A DNA stretch of 64,000 nucleotides from the human T2T-CHM13v2.0 reference genome, Homo sapiens. Position 1 is the first letter of the stretch. Each line of letters opens with the position of its first letter. Under the pieces are notes generated by a model. That model did not search any database. It was not told the origin of the DNA and was given only the letters and a program-made list of their open reading frames with translations. This document shows positions 27,111-43,294 of the stretch, in pieces. A program made the position numbers and the translations under genes. Where the stretch lies: NCBI RefSeq assembly GCF_009914755.1, contig NC_060942.1. The stretch is one strand, 5' to 3'.

Positions 27111-30100
27111 TGGCCCACACACCTCAATTAAGAAAATAAGCCAAAAATACCCACCACAGAGAGTGGTCTGAATCTAACGCTGACACCCTCCACTGCAGGT
27201 TGCAATGATTTTGCTGCTTGATGGGGAATCATCCAGGCTTCTCTTGATTTGGCTCCTGCCTCCACTCTGGCCTTACAGCTCAAGGTTTCTCAGTCCTACC
27301 TCTGTGTGCTGACACCACCAAACTGCACATAACCCACTGCTCCTCCAACATCCCTAAACACCCTTACCCTGTACCCTCACATGTTCCATGCTGCTTCTCA
27401 CATCTCTGCTGAGTTGAACTGTCTCTTTAGTCTGGAATGTTCTAAGTGTGCTTTCTTTAGGTAGTGATAATGCACATTGTGTGTGTTGTAATTTACAGTC
27501 CCTTACTAAACAAAATGAAATGGAACACCATGAGGTTTGCATTAAGAAACACTGAAGGCCTATTTTTCGATATAAAACTCAAGTTTCCATATCATATGGA
27601 TTTATAATTCAAGAAGTAAACCTTTAATAAAAGATTTCTTGAATATAAAATTCAAAATGAGTTTTCTCAACTCATAGCTTTTTAGAAAGATTTGTTTGAA
27701 AGTACCAAAAAAATATTCAACTGGAAGATTATTAAAAAATTATTTCTTCTGTCTAATCAATGCATTTAATAGGCAAATTGAAAAACACAGAACCAAAAGC
27801 CATAGACTGTGCCCTCAAAAAGCTTAGTCTAGCTGAGATAAAGTTCCCATTAATTGTCACATTATAAAATGGCAAACTTGAAGTGCCAAATGGATGACAG
27901 GTAAACAATGAGTACAACTGGAAGAAATAGAAAAGAATTTAGGCATACCTTAATGGAGGAACAGCACCATCACAGATGAGGAAGTGTTCCCCGGTAGCCT
28001 TTTTGAAAGGAGTGTGGATGGGTTAATGAATTTAGGACACGTCACTCTATCTAACTAAGCAGAGTGATTGTGTTGGGAAACAGTGACGGTAAGTTTGAAA
28101 AGAAGAAACATGACTGTCCCAGTTTATTTCATGCAGTGTCTCCTCATATTTTTCTATAAAATAAGACAGTACACACTGAAGATGATTTGTAATTCCACTT
28201 TTGTCCAGCTTTGACCTCAAAGTGCACCTTCTCACCAGCATGTGATTGCTTAGGCATGTAACAACTGCATATTCATTAGCTGATGACTCTGCTGCATCTG
28301 ACCATCTCTAAGGGTTACGTTCATTATTACTAAGCAACCTGAAGGGCTTAGCAGTCACAGCATAACAATTCATGGAGGAGGGAACAGCAACAACTTTTGC
28401 CCTTTTCATTTTTTCTTCTCTGTTTACGGGTTAAACTTACCATTAGTTTCCCCAAATTAATGCGCCTTCTAAGGGTACACTGAGACCAGCCATTTATTTC
28501 AAGTCCAGTTCTTTTTTTGTTGGCCAACCCATCTTATCACCCAGCTTTCTAAATTTCCAGGATAACATAAAACAAATATACATCAGAAACGCAAACACTC
28601 AGCTATACGTACATGGAGGAAAAAGAATGTTCGGTGAAGACTTTTGGTTACTGGTTGAAAAAACTTAACTTAGAATCAGGAGCCCTCTATGAGCTAAATG
28701 TACTTTAAATTAAAGTCAATAAAATGCAGTGAACTTTTCTGCAAATATTGACAACTAGTAATCTTTAGCCACATTCAAAATATAGACTGAATACAGAGCC
28801 AGTGAAAGTGAGTCAGAACCCATGACCTGATGTTCATAATCTGAATTATGGCTTAAATTTATAACTTTATATTTCCTAATGAGACAAAGAACAGGAAACT
28901 AACATCTGTAAGGTTACATACTATTACTTAGTATCCAAAATAAAAATGGTCTTAGTTTTAATGCTACTCTTTTTTTGCTCTGAGATCCTTTTAAAATATT
29001 ATATCATATTTCAAGATACTATATTTAAATTATTTTCTTAAAGTTTATAACAATTGGGCACAGAGATGTGACTCTTAGAATTTTCTTTCCACTATCCCAT
29101 TTTCCATTTTCCAGGAGTACTTCACATCTGCTCCTTAAGATTCCTTTTCAGTACACGCTAGAAAGACGTTCTTGAACTTGTCCACAGCTATTTCTAATTT
29201 GTCTGATCTTCATCAGTCAGTTTAAAGGAGCATAAAATGTCATCTGCCTCATCCGTCACTGTGTGTGTGTGTGTGTTAATGTATTTATCTGATTCACTTC
29301 CCCTGAGTCGTCTAAGCTTGATGCAGTTCTGAATCTTTCCCATCTCCTAATTTATTTCAGTCACTCCTCGGGTGTAGTGGAGCTGAATTTTTCAGGTAGA
29401 CTCATCTGAAAAGATGCCATGCTCTAGCAATTCTATAAGCAATTATCATCTTAATAGCTTGCAAATCCTGCTTTGTATATTCACTGTTGGTCTACTTCCA
29501 GACAGAGGTCCATTTTTCCCTAAGCCCTTGACATAGTATTTTCAGAAGCCTTCACAATGGAGGAGTTGTTTGACTCCTTTGGGATGGTCAGAAATAGTTA
29601 ATGATGCTGTATCATCATAAGAGGTTGGTATGAACATTTGGTGGTAGTATGACCACAATTGCTACTACTGAAAATTTCAGCTCAACCTCCTGCTATAGCT
29701 GACATGGCGTAATGGAATGGTCAAACCTACTACTTTTCAGATAAGGTTAATATGGTTCTCAGTGTCAAGAGAACCTTCTTCATCACCACCATCATCAAAA
29801 TCTATTATGATTATAATTACTTCATCAGAATGTAACATTTACTACAGGCTTCTAACACTTAGAGTCTTACATTAGGTTTTATGCATACTAACAGGGAGAG
29901 TGATATAATAAGATAAATATCAACATAAAGTAGCAGATGCTGTTTCTCAAATGAATAATACAGATAGGGATTCTAGGGCAGTAACAGAACAGTAAGAAAA
30001 GACACCAGGACACCAGGGAGCTTTTGGAATACCAGCTGGGCCTGAAAGACAGGAATGAGTATGCATAGAGAAGATCAGAGAATGACCTGGTCAGTGGTGT

Positions 30101-30461
30101 GGCAGTCATTCTGTGCTGGGAATAATCTAGGCCAAATCAACTGATATGGAGGGCTCATGGAGAAGAATATTGAAAATTAATACTGTGTACTGAAAAGTCA
30201 AGTCACAAAAGGTTTTGAATTGTGTGAACTTTTACTTTAGGCTAGAGGAGAAAATGAGAGCCACAGCATTCCAAAGTGGCCCCTTGTCCAATGACTACTA
30301 TTTCCTTGGCATGATTGTTTTTCTAATATGTGTCTCATTCAGTCTTTTGTTTATTCATTCAGCAAAGGGTTCTTGAGTGCACACTATATGCCAGGAACTT
30401 TTCTACTTGTCAGACACACAGCAAGAAACAAAATACAAACTTTATTGTTCATTATGGAGAA

Positions 30462-30854
30462 TATTAGTTTGCTAGGGCTACTATAGCAAAATACCACAGA
30501 CTGGGTGGCTTAAACAAAAGAAGTGTATTTTTTTTTCTACATTTCTGGAGACTACAATTCCAAAGTCAAGGTGATAACTGGATTGATTTGCTCTGAGACT
30601 CCTCTCTTTGTCTTGCAGATGGCAAGCTTCTTACTGCCTCATCACGATTGTCCTTTCTTGCACATGTGCTCCCCTGGCGTGTCTCCATCTTTTAATAAGT
30701 ACATCAGTCATATTCAATTAGGACCCCCTCTAAAGGCCTCATTTTAACTTAGTCACCTCTCTAAAGACCTTTTTTATAAATACTTTTACAGTCTGAATAC
30801 TGGGGTTTGGAACTTCAACATATGAGGTGTGCAGGTGCATATTTCACCCCACAA
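30462..30854 (-). mobile_element. MLT1A0/MLT1B-like MaLR solo LTR
   Basis: tattagtttgctagggctactatagcaaaataccacagactgggtggcttaaaca...acttcaacatatga. Confidence 0.85.
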
Positions 30855-31096
30855 TGTGGAGCTAACATTCTAGTGGGGAAAACAGATACCCACTGTCATA
30901 AAAATGAGCTCCTTGGGGGCCTCGTCGAGGGTTTCCCTATCATACTCACAATTCATGAACCCCGGAGTGGACATAGCTGATGCTCAGCCTGATCTCCCTG
31001 TTACCTACACACGTATAAACCCTCTCCCACTTTCCTGGCAACATCCAGGCAAAGGGAAGGGGGCAGTGAGGATCTGTCTCTTCTATGATGTGCCTG

Positions 31097-31564
31097 TTGG
31101 GACTTAAATTCTCCAAATCCTTCTCATAACCTGATTTCTCTTGACAATGATAAGGTCAAAGAACCAACACAGTGAGATTTGGCCTTAGATCCGCATACCC
31201 CAGGAATGGTCCTGATCAGAAGGCTCAAATAAGAATATAATAAGAAACAAAAATGCTTAGAAAAGAGATATACTATGTGTAACCTGAATTTTCCAGTCTC
31301 AGCAGTCTGTGGGTAAAATAAGGTCACATTAATATTAATAATCAAATTGGCCTGCAGCCGCGCCTGTAAAACCACAGATTCTCATTCTTCATTCTCCTGG
31401 CCTACACCCCAAGGTCTTTGATCATCTCTCAGTTATTTCTGGGAGGCCCCAGGGTGAGTCTCACCTCATGTTTGTTCAAGAATAAGTGCGCATCTGTTCT
31501 TTCTCTCTAAGAGCCTTGTAGAAGTCCACTGACCGGGATATTTGGGGGCAGCATTTCTCTAACA
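31097..31564. mobile_element. Possible ERV-type solo LTR
   Basis: About 470 bp bounded by tgttggga...tctctaaca (TGT..ACA); family not recognised, no TSD. Confidence 0.35.
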
Positions 31565-32416
31565 CCACAACTGATGATATCTTCTGAGAGAGAGCGCAGC
31601 TCCCTACCACTGTGCCTCACCACTCCCTAGTTTCTGCCAAGCTTGGCCAGGCTGTCCCTTAAACTAATACCCTTCTCCAACTTGGCTTGCCCTTCTTCAA
31701 CTGGATACTCAGGCAATGCTGCTATTTTCCCCAGTCTCAAATCCTGCTAAAGTAACCCCTGGAAACGGAGAAATGGTGCATTCCAGTCCCTGAATACAAC
31801 CCCTCAAGCATACCAATTCATGAAAGCAGAAGACCCCACCAAGGGCTAGGCATGGTGGGTCAGGCATAACTTGCTCTCACAACCAAACTTCACTTTGATC
31901 CACTGATATTAACCATACCGTTTTCTATAGGAAAATAAATTTCATCATTATTCGTGAAGATGAACAACAATTATCATATCATGTATTCTATCATTTAGAC
32001 ATTGGTTACTTTATTTTCTGCCAAACATATTGTCAAACAATATTTATTATAAATATATTTTTATAGAGTCAAAATGAGTTTAACCTATTCCAATCATCTA
32101 ATTTTTTTTTTTTTTTAGTATCTACTGTGTGCAAGGTATTTTGCAAGAAGAGTTATTGGTATGGGTTGTGGGTGAAACAATCCTCCTTCTTTTTAAAATG
32201 TGTTAATGTTTTTTCTGTTTTCTAAGGATTTAGTGGCAAGGATACTGCATTTTTTCCTTATACACAAAGGATGACTTTCTTCTTTCATCTCAATGTTGTT
32301 AGAATCAAAGATAAATAAAGTGAATAAACTCTACATGAGGATCCAACAAGTCACATGTCTTGATGGCAAGGTACAGCAACAGACATCCAATTGATATCAC
32401 CTATACAGTGGATTTC

Positions 32417-32705
32417 TTTTTTTTTTTTTTTTTTGAGATGGAGTCTCGCTCTTTCACCCAGGCTGGAGTCCAGTGGCATGATCTTGGCTCACTGAAAACT
32501 CTGCCTCCCAGCTTCAAACAATTCTCCTGCCTCAGCCCCCTGGAATAGCTGGGACTACAGGCAGTTGACTAATTTTTGTATTTTTAGTAGATACGTGTTT
32601 TCACCAAGTTGACCAGGCTGGTCTCGAACTCCTGACCTCAGGTGATTTGCCCACCTTGGCCTCCCAAAGTACTGGGATTACAGGCATGAGCCACCCCACC
32701 AGGCC
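32417..32705 (-). mobile_element. AluS (Sx-like) with internal deletion
   Basis: Antisense dimer; 22-bp flanking direct repeats. Confidence 0.94.
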
Positions 32706-34399
32706 ATCACCTATACCATGGATTTCTATTGGGCATCATCTAAGTGGTTCAGTTAACTTTATAAACCAAGGAACTAATTCCTTGCTTTTCGCTCTTATCT
32801 GAACACATTTGAGATAAAACATCTATTTAATCCACTTCAAACAGGAGAGTCTAGTAAAACTTATGAAACCAGTAGGCATCAGGTAGATAATTGACTAACA
32901 TTCTCTTTTCCACTATTTGCTATGTATGGCATGGGCAAAACTTTATTTTCCAAATATTCCCCACACATGGAGTATTAGGCTGATTTCTATGTAAACCCAT
33001 GTTTGAAGGTTATCTCAAGATATATATTTAATCTCCAAAAATAAATTCCTCCAAAAAAAGTTAACACTGGTAAAGTAGAAGTAACCCTAGTAGCCCTCCA
33101 TTTATAAGAGGAAATTTAGTGTTTCCACAGGGCTTTGTTGGGGAAACTCTCATGAATTGTTTAATAATCCATGCAGTAGTGATTATTATCTGAAATCATC
33201 AAAAAATCAATAAGTGTGGTTGATTATAATCATGATAAGAATTTTCTTTTGCACAACTTCAGAATTTACACTATGCTCTACATTCTTTACCTCATTTGAA
33301 TCTTCCATTCCTGATTGATACATATATAAATATTACAATAGCCATCCGAGAGTTGTGGGACTGGACTTAGGTTAATTGCTTTATCCAAAATTATTAGATC
33401 AACACAGACTCCAAGCCAGGTTTCCTGACTTCTGTTTTCATTTTTTTTTCTGCACTGTCATCACTGTCCCATCACTAAAAGCTACACTTGTGCAACTCAC
33501 GCACCACTCATTTTTCCATCCTTTCTCCATTTTCAAATTTTATAGCCATACAGATGTGAATAGTTATCATTGAGATTTTTGTAATACTTTATGTCAGCAC
33601 CCTTAAACAACAGTCTTCTTAATTGTATGCAAAGAAATTTCTACAATAACATGCTTTCACTAATTTCTCTCAAGAAAATTTTTGTTTTGGCCTAAGTTTT
33701 ATTCTAGACCCGGGGGTACATGGATAAATACCATGTTGCTGAGCTTTGGTGCACAAAATATCTTAAATCTTTAATATTTACAGCAATCTTTATGGCCTAC
33801 AATTAAATTTACCTTAAGAATGCAAATATGCCACCTACCATAAACTACTATCAAACTGGTCAAGACATATAAGCTCATTGTTTTCAAGTAGCGGACCAAA
33901 GGAAAGGCAGGTGGTAATTCATAAGCGAAAGGGAACACGTGAAATGAGTTGAGACCCTCATTCACCAAGGCTCTCTGACTGGGGGTACTTTCATTACAGT
34001 GATGCAGGGAGGTAAAGCCCAGGCACGGCAGCAATCTTGCTGAGCTGAAGCAACAGACAACACCGTTCATGGCTGCTGAAGCAGCTGGGGTTTGCTGGGT
34101 AAAGCACCAGAGAAGGGAAGAGGCCCCAACATTCTGAATGGGGTTTCTTTACTGGTTTCTGGCTGAGGCTGGGCTGGGAATGCATAGGACAAGACTCTGT
34201 GAAGGACGTTTTATAGCAGAGACCACCTGCTATTGGGAAAAATACTGAATGAAGATGTCTCATATCACAAAGTGCTGGGAGGTGCTGGATTTCTGGTCAA
34301 GTCAAGAGCGAAGAGGCCTGAGTGCCTCAGGCCTTCAGTAGGCCATGTGGTAGGTAGGGCTGAGAAACATACTCTAAGGTAAGGGCAACAACTTAAGAT

Positions 34400-35375
34400 T
34401 AAAGACAAAACCAAAAAAGAACAGCCTTAACGATGAATACAATCAAACCTGACATAATCTAAAGGATCCTCTGGTAATTTAACTGTCTACTTGAAGAAAA
34501 GTTGACTTTCTTTGGAAGCAGAAAATATAATCCAGATTCCAAACAAATCATCCCTCCTTACATCTATGGTACGATCAAAAGATTAATAGACACACAAAGA
34601 GGCAGAAAATGAAACACACGATCAAGAAAAAAAAATCAGTAGAAACACACCCTGATATAACCCACATACTGGAATTACCAGACGAAAACTTTAAGAGCAG
34701 CTATTATCAACGTGTTCAAAGAATTATAATGAAACATGGTCATCTTAGGTGAATGAGTGGAAAATGGAAAATAAAACAGATGCCAGATTCCAGAAATGAT
34801 AAATACAAATTGTGAAACGAAAAAGCCACTGAATGGATTTAATGGTGTATTGAAAACTGCAGAAGAAAGGGAATGAAAAACTTAAAGACAGTTCAGTAGA
34901 AATTATCAAACATAAAAATCAAAGACAAAAATATTTTTTAAATAAATTAACAGAGTCTCAGAGATCTGTGAATCAATAGCAAGAGATCTAACTTACATGT
35001 AACTGAAGTTTCTGAAGATAGAGAAACAGAATGAGCAGAAAACTATTTGAATAAATAATGGTAAAGTTGGTGAAAAACATCAAAATTACAGATCTAAAAT
35101 CTATGTGAATCCCAAGCAGGATAAACACAAAAAGAACCACACCTAGACACATCAAAATCAAACTGCTGGAAACTGGAAATAATCATAAAAGCTGCCAGTG
35201 GAAAAAAGACACACTGCAGACAGGAGAACAGCAACACAAAATGATGGCAAACTTATTATCAGAAACAATGAAACCTACAAGACAATGAAATGGCAGCTTT
35301 AAAGTGCTTTAAAAACAACACAAAACAGAAGAATCAACGCAGAATTCTCTATCCATTAAAAATAAGGATGAAATA
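34400..35375 (+). mobile_element. Ancient L1M (L1M4/L1ME-type) ORF1 region, left part of host element
   Basis: A-rich decayed ORF1: gaatcccaagcaggataaacacaaaaagaaccacacctagacacatc, agaattctctatcca. Confidence 0.8.
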
Positions 35376-36279
35376 GGAGGAGCCAAGATGGCCGAATACG
35401 AACAGCTCCAGTCTACAGCTCCCAGCGTGAGCCACGCAGAAGACGGGTGATTTCTGCATTTCCATCTGAGGTGCTGGGTTCATCTCACTAGGGAGTGCCA
35501 GACGGTGGGCGCAGGTCAGTGGGTGCGCGCACCATGCGCCAGCCGAAGCAGGGCGAGGCATTGCCTCACTTGGGAAGCGCAAGGGGTCAAGGAGTTCCCT
35601 TTCCAAGTCAAAGAAAGGGGTGACAGACTCACCTGGAAAATCGGGTCACTCCCAACCGAATATTGCGCTTTTCGGACCGGCTTAAGAAAAACGGTGCACC
35701 ACGAGATTACATCCCGCACCTGGCTCGGAGGTCCTACGCCCACGGAGTCTCGCTGATTGCTAGCACAGCAGTCTGAGATCAAACTGCAAGGCAGCAGCAA
35801 GGCTGGGGGAGGGGCGCCCACCATTGCCCAGGCTTGCTTAGGTAAACAAAGCAGCTGGGAAGCTCAAACTGGGTGGAGCCCACCACAGCTCAAGGAGGCC
35901 TGCCTGCCTCTGTAGGCTCCACCTCTGGGGGCGGGGCACAGACAAACAAAAAGACAGCAGTAACCTCTGCAGACTTAAATGTCCCTGTCTGACAGCTTTG
36001 AAGAGAGCAGTGGTTCTCCCAGCACGCAGCTGGAGATCTGAGAACCGGCAGACTGCCTCCTCAAGTGGGTCCCTGACCCCTGACCCCCGAGCAGCCTAAC
36101 TGGGAGGCACCCCCCAGCAGGGGCAAACTGACACCTCACACGGCAGGGTATTCCAACAGACCTGCAGCTGAGGGTCCTGTCTGTTAGAAGGAAAACTAAC
36201 AAACAGAAAGGACATCCACACCAAAAACCCATCTGTACATCACCATCATCAAAGACCAAAAGTAGATAAAACCACAAAG
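35376..36279 (+). promoter_or_regulatory. L1 5'UTR bidirectional promoter
   Basis: YY1 site caagatggccg intact, two aaacaaa SOX sites, CpG-rich; about 900-bp short-form UTR. Confidence 0.9.
35516..35824 (-). CDS. L1 ORF0, frameshifted and extended to 102 aa
   Basis: N-terminus MVGAPPPALLLPCSLISDCCASNQRDSVGVGP matches ORF0; Kozak gcaATGg; diverges after a 1-nt deletion at about 35730. Confidence 0.75.
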   Translation of the reverse strand: MVGAPPPALLLPCSLISDCCASNQRDSVGVGPPSQVRDVISWCTVFLKPVRKAQYSVGSDPIFQVSLSPLSLTWKGNSLTPCASQVRQCLALLRLAHGARTH

Positions 36280-37297
36280 ATGGGGGAAAAAGAGAACAGA
36301 AAAACGGGAAACTCCAAAACACAGAGCGCTTCTCCTCCTCCAAAGGAACGCAGTTCCTCACCAGCAACGGAACAAAGCTGGATGGAGAATGACTTTGACA
36401 AGCTGAGAGAAGAAGGCTTTAGACGATCAAATTACTCTGAGCTACGGGAGGCCATTCAAACCAAAGGCAAAGAAGTTGAAAACTTTGAAAAAAATTTAGA
36501 AGAATGTATAACTAGAATAACCAATACAGAGAAGTGCTTAAAGGAGCTGATGGAGCTGAAAACCAAGGCTCGAGAGCTACGTGAAGAATGCAGAAGCCTC
36601 AGGAGCCGATGTGATCAACTGGAAGAAAGGGTATTAGCAATGGAAGATGAAATGAATGAAATGAAGCGAGAAGGGAAGTTTAGAGAAAAAAGAATAAAAA
36701 AAAAATGAGCAAAGCCTCCAAGAAATATGGGACTATGTGAAAAGACCAAATCTACGTCTGATTGGTGTACCTGAAAGTGATGGGGAGAATGGAACCAAGT
36801 TGGAAAACATTCTGCAGGATATTATCCAGGAGAACTTCCCCAATCTAGCAAGGCAGGCCAACGTTCAGATTCAGGAAATACAGAGAACGCCACAAAGATA
36901 CTCCTCGAGAGGAGCAACTCCAAGACACATAATTGTCAGATTCACCAAAGTTGAAATGAAGGAAAAAATGTTAAGGGCAGCCAGAGAGAAAGGTCAGGTT
37001 ACCCTCAAAGGGAAGCCCATCAGACTAACAGCGGATCTCTCAGCAGAAACCCTACAAGCCAGAAGAGAGTGGTGGCCAATATTCAACATTCTTAAAGAAA
37101 AGAATTTTCAACCCAGAATTTCATATCCAGCCAAACTAAGCTTCATAAGTGAAGGAGAAATAAAATCCTTTACAGACAAGCAAATGCTGAGAGATTTTGT
37201 CACCACCAAGCCTGCCCTAAAAGAGCTCCTGAAGGAAGCGCTAAACATGGAAAGGAACAACCGGTACCAGCTGCTGCAAAATCATGCCAAAATGTAA
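36280..37297 (+). pseudogene. L1 ORF1p, single +1 frameshift
   Basis: 142-aa N-terminal half stops at TGA 36706-36708 after A10 (36696-36705); RRM and CTD (REKG, ARR, YPAKLS) are open in the +1 frame to 37297. Confidence 0.95.
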
Positions 37298-37345
37298 AGA
37301 CCATCGAGACTAGGAAGAAACTGCATCAACTAACGAGCAAAATAA

Positions 37346-41188
<3,843 letters not shown>

Positions 41189-41425
41189 ACAATGAGATCA
41201 CATGGACACAGGAAGGGGAATATCACACTCTGGGGACTGTGGTGGGGTGGGGGGAGGGGGGAGGGATAGCATTGGGAGATATACCTAATGCTAGATGACG
41301 AGTTAGTGGGTGCAGCGCACCAGCATGGCACATGTATACATATGTAACTAACCTGCACAATGTGCATATGTACCGTAAAACTTCAAGTATAATAAAAAAA
41401 AACCCTAAAAAAAAAGGATGAAATA

Positions 41426-42399
41426 AAGACATCTTCAGATATATAAAAGCTGAAAAATTTTATTGTAAGCGTACCTGAATGACAAGTAATGCAATAGAGT
41501 TATTCATCCTGAATGCAAATAACATCGGATGGAAACTCAGATATATAGAAAGTTAGTAAAAGATGGTAAATATGTGAGTAAATATAAAATATTATCTTTT
41601 TTTCTTTTGTCAATTTATTGAAAAGACAACTATTTACAGAAAAAGCAGTATTTTACTGTGGGGTTTATAATGCATGTAGAGGTAAAATATTTGACAATAA
41701 TAACACAGAACATAGAGTTGGGGGACAGAATAAATTAAATAATACTTCTGTAAGATTTCCACATCTTACTTGAAGTGGTATGGTATTAATTCTAAGTAGA
41801 CCGTGACAAGTTGAGAAAATGTATTTTAACTCTCATCAACCACTTAAAAGACACAGAGGTATAGCTTAAAAGCTTGTAGATAAACAAAAAAGAAATATTA
41901 TAAAAGATTATATTAAACTAAAAGAAGCCAAGAAAAAAGACAGAGGGATAACAATAGATTAGTCAAATAGAAAACAAACAGCCAAACAATATCAACAATG
42001 ACATGAAATATAGTGGACTAAACCCTCACCTCAGTTATGTGGTTAACTGATTTTTGACAAAGTCTCAAAGACAATTCAATGAAGTCTGTTCAACACGTGG
42101 TACTGACACAATTTGAAAATACATGTGCCCCCACCCCCAAAATAAGAGCATTATATCACATACAAAAATTAGCTAAAAATGAATTATGGACCTAAAGGTA
42201 AAATCTAAAAATATAAAACAATAAATCTTCCATTAAAAAATCATGAGAGAAAATCCTTGTGATCTTAGTTTTAACAAAGATTTTTTTGCTTGCGATACCA
42301 AATGCACTATTCATAAAAGAAAATAAACAAATTAATTTGACTTCATCAAAATTCAAAACTTGTCCTCTTTGAAAGACACTATAAAGAAAATGAAAAGAT
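41426..42399 (+). mobile_element. Ancient L1M host, right part (ORF1 end, linker, ORF2 fragments)
   Basis: Continues aagacatcttcagat; later actgatttttgacaa and ttgacttcatcaaaattcaaaact are decayed ORF2. Confidence 0.8.
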
Positions 42400-42686
42400 G
42401 GACAGGTGCAGTGGCTCACACCTGTAATCCCAGCACTTTGGGGGGCCGAGGCGAGAGGATGGCTTGAGCTCAGGAGTTTGAGACCAGCCTGGGCAACATT
42501 GTGAAACCCATCTCCATTTAAAAATAAAATAATAATACAGAAATTAACCAGGAGTATTAATGCAGGCCTGTAGTCCCAGCTTCTCAGGAGGCTGAGGTAG
42601 ATCTCTTGAGCCCAGGAGGTCGAGGATGCAGTGGGCCAAGATCATGCCATTGCACTCCATCCTGAGTGACAGAGCAAGACCCTGTT
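42400..42686 (+). mobile_element. AluJ
   Basis: gaggatggcttgagctcagg, cttgagcccaggaggtcgagg. Confidence 0.92.
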
Positions 42687-43288
42687 GAAAGGAAGGGAAG
42701 GGAAGGGAAGGGAAGGGAAGGGACAGGAAAAAGAAGGAAGGAAGGAAAGAAGGGAGGAAGGAAGGAAAGGAAAGAAGGAAGGAAGTAAGGAAATAAAGAA
42801 AGAAGGGAAGGGAAGATAAAAGAAAGGGAGGGGAGGGGGAATGGGAGGGGAGGGGAGGGAAGGGGGAAAAAGGAAGGAAGGAAGGAAGGAAGGAAAAGAA
42901 GAAAGAAAGAGAAGAAAGAAAGAAGAAAGGAAAAAGAGGGAGGGAGGGGAAGGAAGGAGGGAAAAATAGAAAGAGGAAGAAAGAAAGAGAGAGAAAGAAA
43001 GGAAGGAAGGATGGAAGAAAGAAAAAGAAAGAAAGGAAAGAAAGAAAGAAACAAATAAAGAAAGAAAGAAAAAGGAAAGAAAGAAAGAAGAAAGAAAGAA
43101 AAAAGGAAAGAAAGAAGAAAGAAGAGGGAGGGAGGGGAAGGAAGGAAGGAGGGAGGGAAGGAGGAAGGGAGGAAGGAAGGAAGGAAGGAAAAATAGAAAA
43201 AGAAAGAGAAAGAGAGAGAAAAAGAAAGAAAGAAAGAAAGAAAGAAAGAAGAAAGAAAGAAAGAAAAGAAAGAGAAAGAAAAAGAAAA
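42687..43288. repeat. 600-bp GA-rich polypurine low-complexity tract
   Basis: Mixed GGAAG, GGAA, GAAA, GGGA units with very few pyrimidines, in place of the Alu tail. Confidence 0.97.
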
Positions 43289-43294
43289 TACCCA

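Noticed and set aside
41232-41266. G-quadruplex motif
   Set aside because: Well-known standard feature of the L1PA 3'UTR
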